Positions 53,403 through 61,457 of a DNA stretch of 64,000 bases are shown here, piece after piece; position 1 is the stretch's first letter; each line of letters starts with the position of its first letter. The stretch comes from a virus, in the IMG/VR virus record IMGVR_UViG_3300010430_000022, positions 1-64,000 of that record; one strand, written 5' to 3'. Below the pieces are notes generated by a model, which searched no databases, was not told where the DNA came from, and saw nothing but the letters and a program-made list of their open reading frames with translations. The position numbers and the translations under genes are program-made.

Positions 53403-54071
53403 ATGGCAACGAACGTCGACAAATTCGTAGAGCCGAGTGAGATCCCGGGATCCGTCGCCGTTCCGGTCGGCGGCGTCATCATGTGGATGAACACTGCCGC
53501 TGCTTCTATGAATCCGACCCCTCCCGCAGGCTTCGAGTTCTGTGATGGAACAGCGGTCGTAACGGTCGGCTCTCCTCTCCTTGGCGAGATCAAGCCCAAC
53601 TTGATGATTACCAGTGCTGGTGGCGCGAAGGGTGTGGCGCGCGGCGCCGATGTAAACACCGCTCCTTACGGTGTCGGCACCCCTCTTGTCCAAGGGGGCA
53701 ATGATCTTCACAACCACACCGCAAATTCCGTTAGCAACCACAACCATGGAATGAAGAACCACTCTCATTCCATGCAGAACCATACTCACGCTAGCGGAGG
53801 GGGAGGAAACCACACCCACTCCACAAGTGATGCAGTCCAGCCGACTGGTGGTGGCGCCACTTACCAGGGCGGCATCTTTGCGCACTTCCACACCATTTCG
53901 AGTAGTGGCTCCCACACTCATTTTGGATCGGGCACGCCAAGCTCCGCCAGCACTGGTAGTCCAAACGACAACACCTCTGACGGCGCAGGCAGTCACGGTC
54001 ACTCGATCAACAACAACACGGTCTTCCCTGTATTCCACACAGAGATCGCGTTCATCGTGAGAGTGCTCTAG
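53403..54071 (+). CDS. Tail collar domain fibre protein with HxH metal-binding repeats
   Basis: VPVGGVIMW...PPAGFEFCDG collar motif; HNH/HSH/HTH repeats; ends AFIVRV. Confidence 0.8.
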   Translation: MATNVDKFVEPSEIPGSVAVPVGGVIMWMNTAAASMNPTPPAGFEFCDGTAVVTVGSPLLGEIKPNLMITSAGGAKGVARGADVNTAPYGVGTPLVQGGNDLHNHTANSVSNHNHGMKNHSHSMQNHTHASGGGGNHTHSTSDAVQPTGGGATYQGGIFAHFHTISSSGSHTHFGSGTPSSASTGSPNDNTSDGAGSHGHSINNNTVFPVFHTEIAFIVRVL

Positions 54072-54556
54072 TGCCGTCAACGCACTCATACACTCCTGGT
54101 GAACTACCGGCGATGTATTCCCCTTGGGGATACGCATGGCTGCGCGAGCGATTGCTTGCTGCCGGACGAACGAACCCAACTGTCTACGAAGACGCCGCCG
54201 TTCCCGGCAACGTCGTTTTGTGGATAGGTGAGGCGAACGTCTCCAAGAACCAACTCGCTTTTGAGTGTCAGGCACCGGTCGCCGAGTTGGCCGCGAACCA
54301 GTCGGACATGAACGTCCCGCCTATGTCCACACAGATGGTGACAATCACCGGTCCCATTGGGGCTCTCGTTAAGGTCCGTTTCGAAGGAATTGCCTTCGTC
54401 TCGGAGACCGAGTTCACGATCCCCGGCAACAGCAATTACGATTTCCAGGTCGGACCGTGTCCGGCCGGGCAACGTCTTGTTATCCCTCAGATGCTCGATT
54501 TCTACGTTGAGGACGGTTCGTGCTCACCCGTAGCGGTCATGGTTACTTTCAAATGA
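54071..54556 (+). CDS. Hypothetical protein (possible fibre partner)
   Basis: TAGTG coupling with the collar gene. Confidence 0.5.
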   Translation: MPSTHSYTPGELPAMYSPWGYAWLRERLLAAGRTNPTVYEDAAVPGNVVLWIGEANVSKNQLAFECQAPVAELAANQSDMNVPPMSTQMVTITGPIGALVKVRFEGIAFVSETEFTIPGNSNYDFQVGPCPAGQRLVIPQMLDFYVEDGSCSPVAVMVTFK

Positions 54557-54622
54557 ACGGGAGCGGCACAGCAACAGCGTTAAGGGCTAGGGAGATTGGT
54601 CCCATTTACCCCGTATCACCGT

Positions 54623-54651
54623 TTGACTTTGCGTTTCCACAGGCTTAGACT
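54623..54651 (+). promoter_or_regulatory. sigma70-type promoter
   Basis: TTGACT-17 nt-TAGACT upstream of 54689. Confidence 0.65.
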
Positions 54652-54688
54652 CTGGGGAGTTAGATAGATCTCCCCTGGGAGGAAGAAC

Positions 54689-55234
54689 ATGTCAGTCCTT
54701 CGTCAGCAATTCGCTCAGACTCTCGTGGCAAGCGTTCCCGACGCTACCACGCTGGAGTTCGATCTCTTCGGCCCGGAGTCGCCCCTCGCGCCTCCCTACG
54801 CAGAGAACACCGATCACGTCACCGAGCCCCGTCAAGTTCGTCAGAACGAGGCAGGCTGGGTCGTCATCGATGGTCTCTCCAACCTCGCTGTCCCGACTGT
54901 CACCTTCGACGTCGAGATCTGGCAGCGTGGTGCAGCTTCCGCTCAGCGGAACTTGCAGGCACCTCTCTTCCCCTCGGGCGCGGCTCCTGCTGCTGACCCC
55001 AGCCTGAAGCGCGCAGTCGCTACGGGTTTGGTCGGCGACTCGACTCTGCTTCCGAGCATTCTCGGTGGCGGCCTCGGCGGTGTCGACACCAAGGACGTGC
55101 CGGCTCTGCACCTGCGCGCCGACGAGTTCGTGAAGCTTCGCATCACGAACGGTTCGGGTGGTCTGCTCGCCGACACGTTCCTCGCCAAGTATGACCTTGG
55201 TGGCAGCCCCGGCGACACCCACCGGTTGGCCTAA
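54689..55234 (+). CDS. Hypothetical virion protein
   Basis: GGAGG RBS; codon bias like MCP. Confidence 0.6.
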   Translation: MSVLRQQFAQTLVASVPDATTLEFDLFGPESPLAPPYAENTDHVTEPRQVRQNEAGWVVIDGLSNLAVPTVTFDVEIWQRGAASAQRNLQAPLFPSGAAPAADPSLKRAVATGLVGDSTLLPSILGGGLGGVDTKDVPALHLRADEFVKLRITNGSGGLLADTFLAKYDLGGSPGDTHRLA

Positions 55235-55266
55235 CGGTCCGCTAGAAAGACACAGGAGAATTCAAC

Positions 55267-55722
55267 ATGCTTGGTCGCAAGACTCTCGCTGCGGACGCCA
55301 CGCTTGCCGCAGCCCCCACCGACTTCGACACCAACCAGCTTGCTGCTGGCGAACTCGAACTCGGTTTCACGGTCGAGGAAGACGAGATGCTCGTCGACCT
55401 CGAATCGCGCCTCGTTTGGGCGAACTCGGTTGCCGAGGCAACCTCGTTCACCTACTACATCGACGGCGCCGCGTCGCCTGATCTGGCAGCAGCCGGTCTC
55501 GTGCTGGAGACCCCGGCTGCTGGTGTCCTCACCACGAGCTACATGCGGACGACGCTGCGGCTCGACAAGGGCTACCACACTGTCGCGGTCCGCGCACTCG
55601 CGGCCACTGGTGCGGTGACTATCGGTGGCGCAACGATGCCCAGCGAAGTGGTTGCTCGCCGCCAGAGCCACCCGGCTACGCTGGGTCACGGCGTCGACTC
55701 TAAGGCGCAGTTGATCCAGTAG
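55267..55722 (+). CDS. Hypothetical virion protein
   Basis: AGGAG RBS; beta-rich; followed by a terminator. Confidence 0.6.
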   Translation: MLGRKTLAADATLAAAPTDFDTNQLAAGELELGFTVEEDEMLVDLESRLVWANSVAEATSFTYYIDGAASPDLAAAGLVLETPAAGVLTTSYMRTTLRLDKGYHTVAVRALAATGAVTIGGATMPSEVVARRQSHPATLGHGVDSKAQLIQ

Positions 55723-55755
55723 GGTCACTGACCAGAGGGTCATCTAACTTCAAGG

Positions 55756-55785
55756 AAAGAGCCTGGCAACTGCCAGGCTTTTTCT
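55756..55785 (+). terminator. Rho-independent terminator
   Basis: AAAGAGCCTGGCA-AC-TGCCAGGCTTTTTCT. Confidence 0.88.
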
Positions 55786-55844
55786 ATGTACTGCGGTAAG
55801 ATAGGGACTCAACTCCAGAACCCGGATTGATAGGGGTAAAGACC

Positions 55845-56141
55845 ATGGCTTCTCAACTCTCAGTCACGTTTGCTGCTGGCGCCAACCGCGAGTTCGCGCT
55901 GCGTAAGCTTCAGACCATCGTCGACGGTGCTGTTGCGCCTCTCACCACCATTCGCGCCCTGGAGCACGGCGATCACGCTGATCTGGACTTCCCGGACGAG
56001 GTCGCGTCGGAGCAGGTTCTCGCTTGCTTCGAGGCCGCCGTCAACATGGCTGGGCTGCCTGAGTCTGGCTACGTCGCCGGCTCCGCACTGCTCACCGGCG
56101 ACGTCCTGAGCGGTTCCCGCCAGCGCGTCTACTCGGTCTAG
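55845..56141 (+). CDS. Small hypothetical protein (paralog of 56155)
   Basis: ATG 55845; ends SGSRQRVYSV. Confidence 0.55.
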   Translation: MASQLSVTFAAGANREFALRKLQTIVDGAVAPLTTIRALEHGDHADLDFPDEVASEQVLACFEAAVNMAGLPESGYVAGSALLTGDVLSGSRQRVYSV

Positions 56142-56154
56142 GTAGGAGAACAGC

Positions 56155-56448
56155 ATGACTACCCTAATCACCGTCACCATCGATCCGGCACAGCGCCGTA
56201 ACGCTCGTCTGGAACTCCAGAACCGTGTTGAGGGTTGCGTCACCCTGCTGGACGACCCCGTTGTGATCCGCAACGTCGACGAGAGCACCCTGGAGTTGCA
56301 GCTTCCGGAGGCGCTCCCTGCCGAGGAGCTTAGCTCGATCATCCGAACTCTGGCCAATCTCGTGCGTCGTCCCGAGTCCGGGATCCTCAGCAACGTGGTC
56401 GTCAGCCCCGAAGACGTCTCTGGCGCTCAGCGACAGTACTCGGTCTAG
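56155..56448 (+). CDS. Small hypothetical protein (paralog of 55845)
   Basis: AGGAG RBS; ends SGAQRQYSV. Confidence 0.6.
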   Translation: MTTLITVTIDPAQRRNARLELQNRVEGCVTLLDDPVVIRNVDESTLELQLPEALPAEELSSIIRTLANLVRRPESGILSNVVVSPEDVSGAQRQYSV

Positions 56449-56599
56449 TACAACCACCCCGGATTCCGAGTGCGGCAAGCCCAGGAATGTTTCCTGGGCT
56501 TGCTTCTTGTACGCCTTCGCACAACTTGCGAGCATGCTGGTAGACGAGTCGTAGCGTTCGTGTGCTTCATGCGGTAAAACAGGCGGATCGGGGTCGGGT

Positions 56600-58825
56600 A
56601 TGGGTGCATCCCCTCTAAAAGTCGAGACTTACGAGCTACGCTCCGGGGATGCGCTTCAGCAGCTACGGCTGCTTCCTGACGCGTCTGTCCAGACATGCCT
56701 GACGAGTCCGCCCTACTTCGCGTTGCGCAAATACAACACGGCGCCGCAAGTTTGGGGAGGGGACGCAAACTGTACCCACGAGTGGGGTCCTGAGATCCCT
56801 GGTGACTCCCGTGGAGGATCGGGCCCCAGAGCCAAGGGGAAGCGCTCAGGCGACGCCAAGTCTTCATACGGTAGGAACGCCACCCGAGGCCGTTTCTGTA
56901 GCTCCTGCGACGCCTGGGAGGGCGAGCTAGGGCTTGAGCCGACTCCCGACCTGTTCGTCAAGCATTTGGTGTTGATCTGCCGCGAGATCAGACGCGTTCT
57001 GCGCGATGACGGCACCTTCTTCTTGAACATTGCCGACACCTTCTTCGGTGGCTCTCCGAAAGGGATCAAGGATCCCTGGGGACTCAAGAAGAAGGATCTC
57101 TGCGGTGTCCCGCAGCGACTTGTTCTCGCCCTTCAAGAGGACGGCTGGTATTGGCGAACGGATGGTGTCTGGTCTAAGGCCGGAGGAAACTGCCCGCGAT
57201 GCCATTTCCGGATCGAGAAGGGCTCCACCAAACCTGAGTCAGTCCGTGATCGCTTCACACGCTCCCACGAGTATCTCTACCTGCTCGCCAAGAAGCCGAA
57301 GTACTACTTCGACGTTGAGGCAGTCAAGGCAGAGCACACCACCTCCTGCCGGCGAGACGTCTTCCACATCTCCTCACAGAACTTCCGTGGCGCTCACTAC
57401 GCGACGATGCCGGAGAACCTGGCCAAGGTAGGGATCCTGGGGGGAACCTCAGAGCATGGTGCGTGCGCCAAGTGTCATGCTCCCTACAAGCGGATCACCC
57501 AGAAGGGTGAAGTTGACCGCAAGAAGCAGAAGGAGATGGGCAGCGACGCCAGTGGTGACTACAAGGGCGAGAACCTAAAGGACTACGATGGGGCTGGTGC
57601 TGAGAAGGCCAGCGATCTCAAGCGTAGGATCCTGGCAGGCGCTAAGAAGATCACGACTGTTGGGTGGGCTCAGACCTGCAAGTGCGTTGATCCAGGCGAT
57701 CCTGTTCCGTGCTTGGTGCTTGATCCGTTCTCTGGTGCCGCCACAACCGGAGCAGTGGCTCTTGGATACGGTCGGACCTACCTTGGACTGGAGCTTCTGG
57801 AAGAGAACAACACTGAGATCGCGCAGCCACGTCTAGACGCTGTTCTCGAATCGCTCAAGGCGCCAGTTGAGATCGACTACCTTCCTCTGACGTCGGGGAT
57901 CTACCAAGGTAACTCCGAGATCCTGCTGCATCGCGTTCAGCCTGGCTCTGTTCGATTGATCCTGACGGACCCGCCCTACAACGTGTCCCGAGAGAACAAC
58001 TTCCACACCATGGGTCGAGGTGGCATCGACTTCTCGTGGGACGGCAACTTCGACCAGGAGCTTTGGGTTCGCCTCGCCGACAAGGCGCTCATGGTCGGCG
58101 GCAACCTCGTGATCTGGAACGACTGGAAGGTGCTGGGCCTGATTGCCCACCTTCTGCTCGATCTGGGATACGAGGTGAAGCGAAACCTCGTCTGGTACAA
58201 GACGAACCCCTTCCCTCGGAACATCCAGTCCAGTCCGGTTCAGCGCACCGAGATTGGACTCTGGGCAGTCAAGCGGACGAAGAAATCCACCAAGTGGCGT
58301 CACAACCTTCGTCCGCATCAGCACTACGAAGACCTGGTGTTCCGCTACCCGATCCCGTCTTCAAAGAAGGGCCGCCCTCGACACGAGACCAAGAAGCCAG
58401 ACGACATGTTCCGGGAGATCATCCAGATCTTCTCCGACCCTGGTGATCTGATTCTCGACCCCTTCTCTGGTGGTGGGACCACAGCCTTCGCGGCCGAGGC
58501 CGAGGGCCGGCGCCATATCTCCTTCGAGCTAGAGCCGAAGTGGTATCAGGAGGCGTGCCTCCATTGGGAAGAAGGGAAATCTGCAAATCCCCTCAAGTTC
58601 CCAATGACACCTGTCGAAAAGGCTAGAGCGGCACAGAAGGAATATCGCGAGATCTGCAAGAAGCTTCGGGTTCACCCGGTGACGTTCGAGGAGATCCCCA
58701 AGAAGAAGCGTGTCGTGAAACCCGACATGGGTGTCGAGAAAACCGTCTTACATCAAGTCCTGCGCCCACCGGCTGATGCAGGTCCACGAGACTACAAGCA
58801 CATCGCGAAGTTGAAGGAAATCTAA
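56600..58825 (+). CDS. Tandem double amino-DNA methyltransferase (N4-C/N6-A, beta class)
   Basis: Domain 1 TSPPY...LDPFSG; domain 2 TDPPY...HETKKP...LDPFSGGGTT. Confidence 0.9.
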   Translation: MGASPLKVETYELRSGDALQQLRLLPDASVQTCLTSPPYFALRKYNTAPQVWGGDANCTHEWGPEIPGDSRGGSGPRAKGKRSGDAKSSYGRNATRGRFCSSCDAWEGELGLEPTPDLFVKHLVLICREIRRVLRDDGTFFLNIADTFFGGSPKGIKDPWGLKKKDLCGVPQRLVLALQEDGWYWRTDGVWSKAGGNCPRCHFRIEKGSTKPESVRDRFTRSHEYLYLLAKKPKYYFDVEAVKAEHTTSCRRDVFHISSQNFRGAHYATMPENLAKVGILGGTSEHGACAKCHAPYKRITQKGEVDRKKQKEMGSDASGDYKGENLKDYDGAGAEKASDLKRRILAGAKKITTVGWAQTCKCVDPGDPVPCLVLDPFSGAATTGAVALGYGRTYLGLELLEENNTEIAQPRLDAVLESLKAPVEIDYLPLTSGIYQGNSEILLHRVQPGSVRLILTDPPYNVSRENNFHTMGRGGIDFSWDGNFDQELWVRLADKALMVGGNLVIWNDWKVLGLIAHLLLDLGYEVKRNLVWYKTNPFPRNIQSSPVQRTEIGLWAVKRTKKSTKWRHNLRPHQHYEDLVFRYPIPSSKKGRPRHETKKPDDMFREIIQIFSDPGDLILDPFSGGGTTAFAAEAEGRRHISFELEPKWYQEACLHWEEGKSANPLKFPMTPVEKARAAQKEYREICKKLRVHPVTFEEIPKKKRVVKPDMGVEKTVLHQVLRPPADAGPRDYKHIAKLKEI

Positions 58826-59202
58826 TGGGATCGAATCGGGAAGACCTAGAAGCACGCCTCGACAGGGCCAAGACAAAGATCAAGCCGCAGCACTGCGCTG
58901 ACTGCGGTGGTCTGAACGCTCACGTCCCCATGGCTTGCGTTCTGAATATGAACACCCATGTTCTCGATACCTATCGCCTTCAGCTTCCGCCGGTCTGCGA
59001 CGACTGCGCGAAGGCACGCGGTATCTCGCGACGCGGAGTGCTTGCCCCCAAAGCTGAAATGCAGAACGCCTCTGAAGCGCTCAACGCACTGGTAGAGAAG
59101 ATCCCAGCCTGGTCAAAAACGTTGCTGGAGAAGCAACTAGTAGAACTCGTGTCGCAAGGCATGCCCGAGCAAGAAGCCAAAGACTTCTTGGGGGTCAAAT
59201 GA
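58825..59202 (+). CDS. Zn-finger hypothetical protein
   Basis: CADC...CDDC; translational coupling on both sides. Confidence 0.55.
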   Translation: MGSNREDLEARLDRAKTKIKPQHCADCGGLNAHVPMACVLNMNTHVLDTYRLQLPPVCDDCAKARGISRRGVLAPKAEMQNASEALNALVEKIPAWSKTLLEKQLVELVSQGMPEQEAKDFLGVK

Positions 59203-59885
59203 GCGATCCGAGGTTCATCGTTATCTCCGGCCTGATCGGTGTTGGTAAGAGCACGCTCTGTAAGAAGCTGGCAGAGCTTCTCGACTACGAACCGATCTTC
59301 GAGCCCGTCGAGGACAACCCCTACCTGGAGAAGTTCTACAAGGACCCCAACAAGTGGGCCTACCCGATGCAGGAGTTCCTCAAGCATCGGCGCTTCGCGG
59401 CCTATCAGTACGCCGCCTGGGGGATCAAGCACGGAGCCTTCAAGGGTGTGGTCCTCGACAGGTCTATCCACGAAGACACCGTCTTTGCAGAGATCAACGC
59501 CAAGATCGGTACCATCGACGCTCTCAACTGGAAGACCTATCTCCAGGGCTTCAACGACTTCCAGACGTTCCTGCCTGAGCCAGACGTTTACATCTATCTC
59601 GACGCCAGCCCAGAGACCTGTCACGCTCGGATCCTGGAGCGCGCTCGGCCGGCAGAGCAGCAGACCGGCTTCGAGGGTGATCCCGAAGACGCGCCGAAGG
59701 GAATCCCTCTCGACTACCTCCGGACCTTGCACCAGGGCTACCAGGACTGGCTGAAAGAGATCGCGCCTCGGATCCCCACAGTCAAGCTCGACTGGACGCG
59801 CTTCAAGACCACTGAGGACGCTTGGAAGTGGGTCAACGGTCAGATCGACGAGCGCAGTCGCTTCACACGGAGCTTGGTGGTCTAG
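59199..59885 (+). CDS. Deoxynucleoside kinase (dNK family)
   Basis: GLIGVGKST, EPVEDNPYLEKFY, DRSIHED..F, PDVYIYL, IPLDYL..L. Confidence 0.92.
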   Translation: MSDPRFIVISGLIGVGKSTLCKKLAELLDYEPIFEPVEDNPYLEKFYKDPNKWAYPMQEFLKHRRFAAYQYAAWGIKHGAFKGVVLDRSIHEDTVFAEINAKIGTIDALNWKTYLQGFNDFQTFLPEPDVYIYLDASPETCHARILERARPAEQQTGFEGDPEDAPKGIPLDYLRTLHQGYQDWLKEIAPRIPTVKLDWTRFKTTEDAWKWVNGQIDERSRFTRSLVV

Positions 59886-60442
59886 TAGCCACGCTTTGGC
59901 AACGCCCTAATCGTTCCGGTTAGGGGCAGGTGTCCGTGTTTGATCTTGCCTCCGACCTTACGAGGCACCGCAACACGATCTCCACGCTGCTGGGCCAGCA
60001 GATCGTTGCTCTGCACCGGCTTAGCTCCCGGCGCGTGCGAGATCGTGATGTGTGGGTGCTCCTTCTTCGTGAGGTGTTCGACACCTGAGACGCGAACAGC
60101 GTGGATCCCCATCTTCTCATCGTCAGCATGATGCGTCGCGTGGAGGTTCACTGTCTTCTTATGTTCCGGTGTGTTGTGGAACCGGTCGAGATCCTCTTGG
60201 GATGGGTCGTAGTTCAGCGTGACGTGATCGGCGGTTCGCGACTTGTACTTCGACGGGAAGTGCTGCGCCAACGCCTTCTTAGAGCCGTGGCTCAGTTCAA
60301 GCGCAAGATAGTGGCTGTCTGGGGAGTAGGGCGTTCCGCTAGCCGGCGCCGACTGTCGGTCAGACTTCGTTCGACGCTCACGGGGCGTAGGCGTTCCGGT
60401 CCCAAAGCCTTCGATCAAGAGAGGTGTTCGGCGAAGATTCAT
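59882..60442 (-). CDS. 2H phosphoesterase (2',3'-cyclic phosphodiesterase-like) with RTPLLIE leader
   Basis: Two HxT motifs: DHVTL and PHITIS, followed by KPVQSNDLL as in tRNA-ligase-type CPDase domains. Confidence 0.8.
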   Translation of the reverse strand: MNLRRTPLLIEGFGTGTPTPRERRTKSDRQSAPASGTPYSPDSHYLALELSHGSKKALAQHFPSKYKSRTADHVTLNYDPSQEDLDRFHNTPEHKKTVNLHATHHADDEKMGIHAVRVSGVEHLTKKEHPHITISHAPGAKPVQSNDLLAQQRGDRVAVPRKVGGKIKHGHLPLTGTIRALPKRGY

Positions 60443-61107
60443 GAGGTTTTTGGCATCGATCCGGCAGATCCCCAGTGCTCGTCGTCGACGTGATGCAGCG
60501 TGTGCTTCACTCCGAGGTCACTGAGAACCTTCCTGAAGTGTTCAATGTGCTCGGGACGGTCGTCCCACATGTGAACGTGTTTGAGATGTGGGTGCTCTGA
60601 ATGGAAACGCTTGAGCATGTGCCCCTTCCACTCAGCAGTCTTCATAGGCTTCTTCTTACCGTCCTGCGGAGGCTTCAGGAAGAGGTCGTGACCGTGCTTG
60701 TGTCCCCTCACCCCGAGCTTGTGCAGGGTATGAGACACAGCGTCTTGCATATCCGGCTTGGCGACGCGTCCGGTCATGACCACGACTCTGCTATGCGGAG
60801 ATGCTTTAGCGGCGTGATAGTTCTTGAGCGTGTGCTCGATTGGGTGCGTCTCGAACGGGTGACGAAGCGTCTTGTGGTCCCCCCACCAGTCACCAGGCTT
60901 GCTGCCTCGTGGATTCGTCCTGCTACGTGAGTGGTAGCGATAGAGATCCTTGTTCTGCGATGTTGGCTCAGGCGTCCTGGCCAGGGTGCCGTCCATGTCG
61001 AAGATGTGGAGGTGTTTCGCATTGCGAGACTCAATGAGGAGCGCAACCTCCTCTGCTCGGATGGCCTCAAGAATCGGGCTGATTGCTCGAATGGTGCGAC
61101 TTCTCAT
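60439..61107 (-). CDS. HAD phosphatase, Swiss-Army-Knife RNA-repair-like
   Basis: IFDMDGTL..TP (motif I), WW, MTGR (motif II), K, WDDRPEH (motif IV); translationally coupled to the 2H gene. Confidence 0.82.
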   Translation of the reverse strand: MRSRTIRAISPILEAIRAEEVALLIESRNAKHLHIFDMDGTLARTPEPTSQNKDLYRYHSRSRTNPRGSKPGDWWGDHKTLRHPFETHPIEHTLKNYHAAKASPHSRVVVMTGRVAKPDMQDAVSHTLHKLGVRGHKHGHDLFLKPPQDGKKKPMKTAEWKGHMLKRFHSEHPHLKHVHMWDDRPEHIEHFRKVLSDLGVKHTLHHVDDEHWGSAGSMPKTS

Positions 61108-61395
61108 CTATCCCTTATGCCCCGATCCTGGCAGCTTGGCACGTTTCACTACGCGGCCCTTGATCTTCGACTTCAACTGTCGCCTCTTCTCGGGTGGAAC
61201 GAAGATCAACTTTCCCTTACGGAAGATGTATTGGGGATGCTTCTTCGACCACCTTTTCCGCTCCTGTTGCCAGAGCCATTTAGCTGCTCGCTTAGCCCCA
61301 AAGGTGGCAGAGGGCCGTTTCTTGGACATCCGCTCCTTCGACGATTGGCGACGGACCTGTAGTGCCTCGCACAGAAGTGGTGTCCGGGTAAGCAT
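61108..61395 (-). CDS. Very basic small protein with RTPLLCE leader
   Basis: MLTRTPLLCE followed by a Lys/Arg-rich body; TAGACT 6 nt upstream of the ATG. Confidence 0.65.
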   Translation of the reverse strand: MLTRTPLLCEALQVRRQSSKERMSKKRPSATFGAKRAAKWLWQQERKRWSKKHPQYIFRKGKLIFVPPEKRRQLKSKIKGRVVKRAKLPGSGHKG

Positions 61396-61457
61396 GGACC
61401 CAGTCTACCTAACTACTTAGGTGCCAGCGACCATGTCTTTCGGCTAGAATCGGGAGG

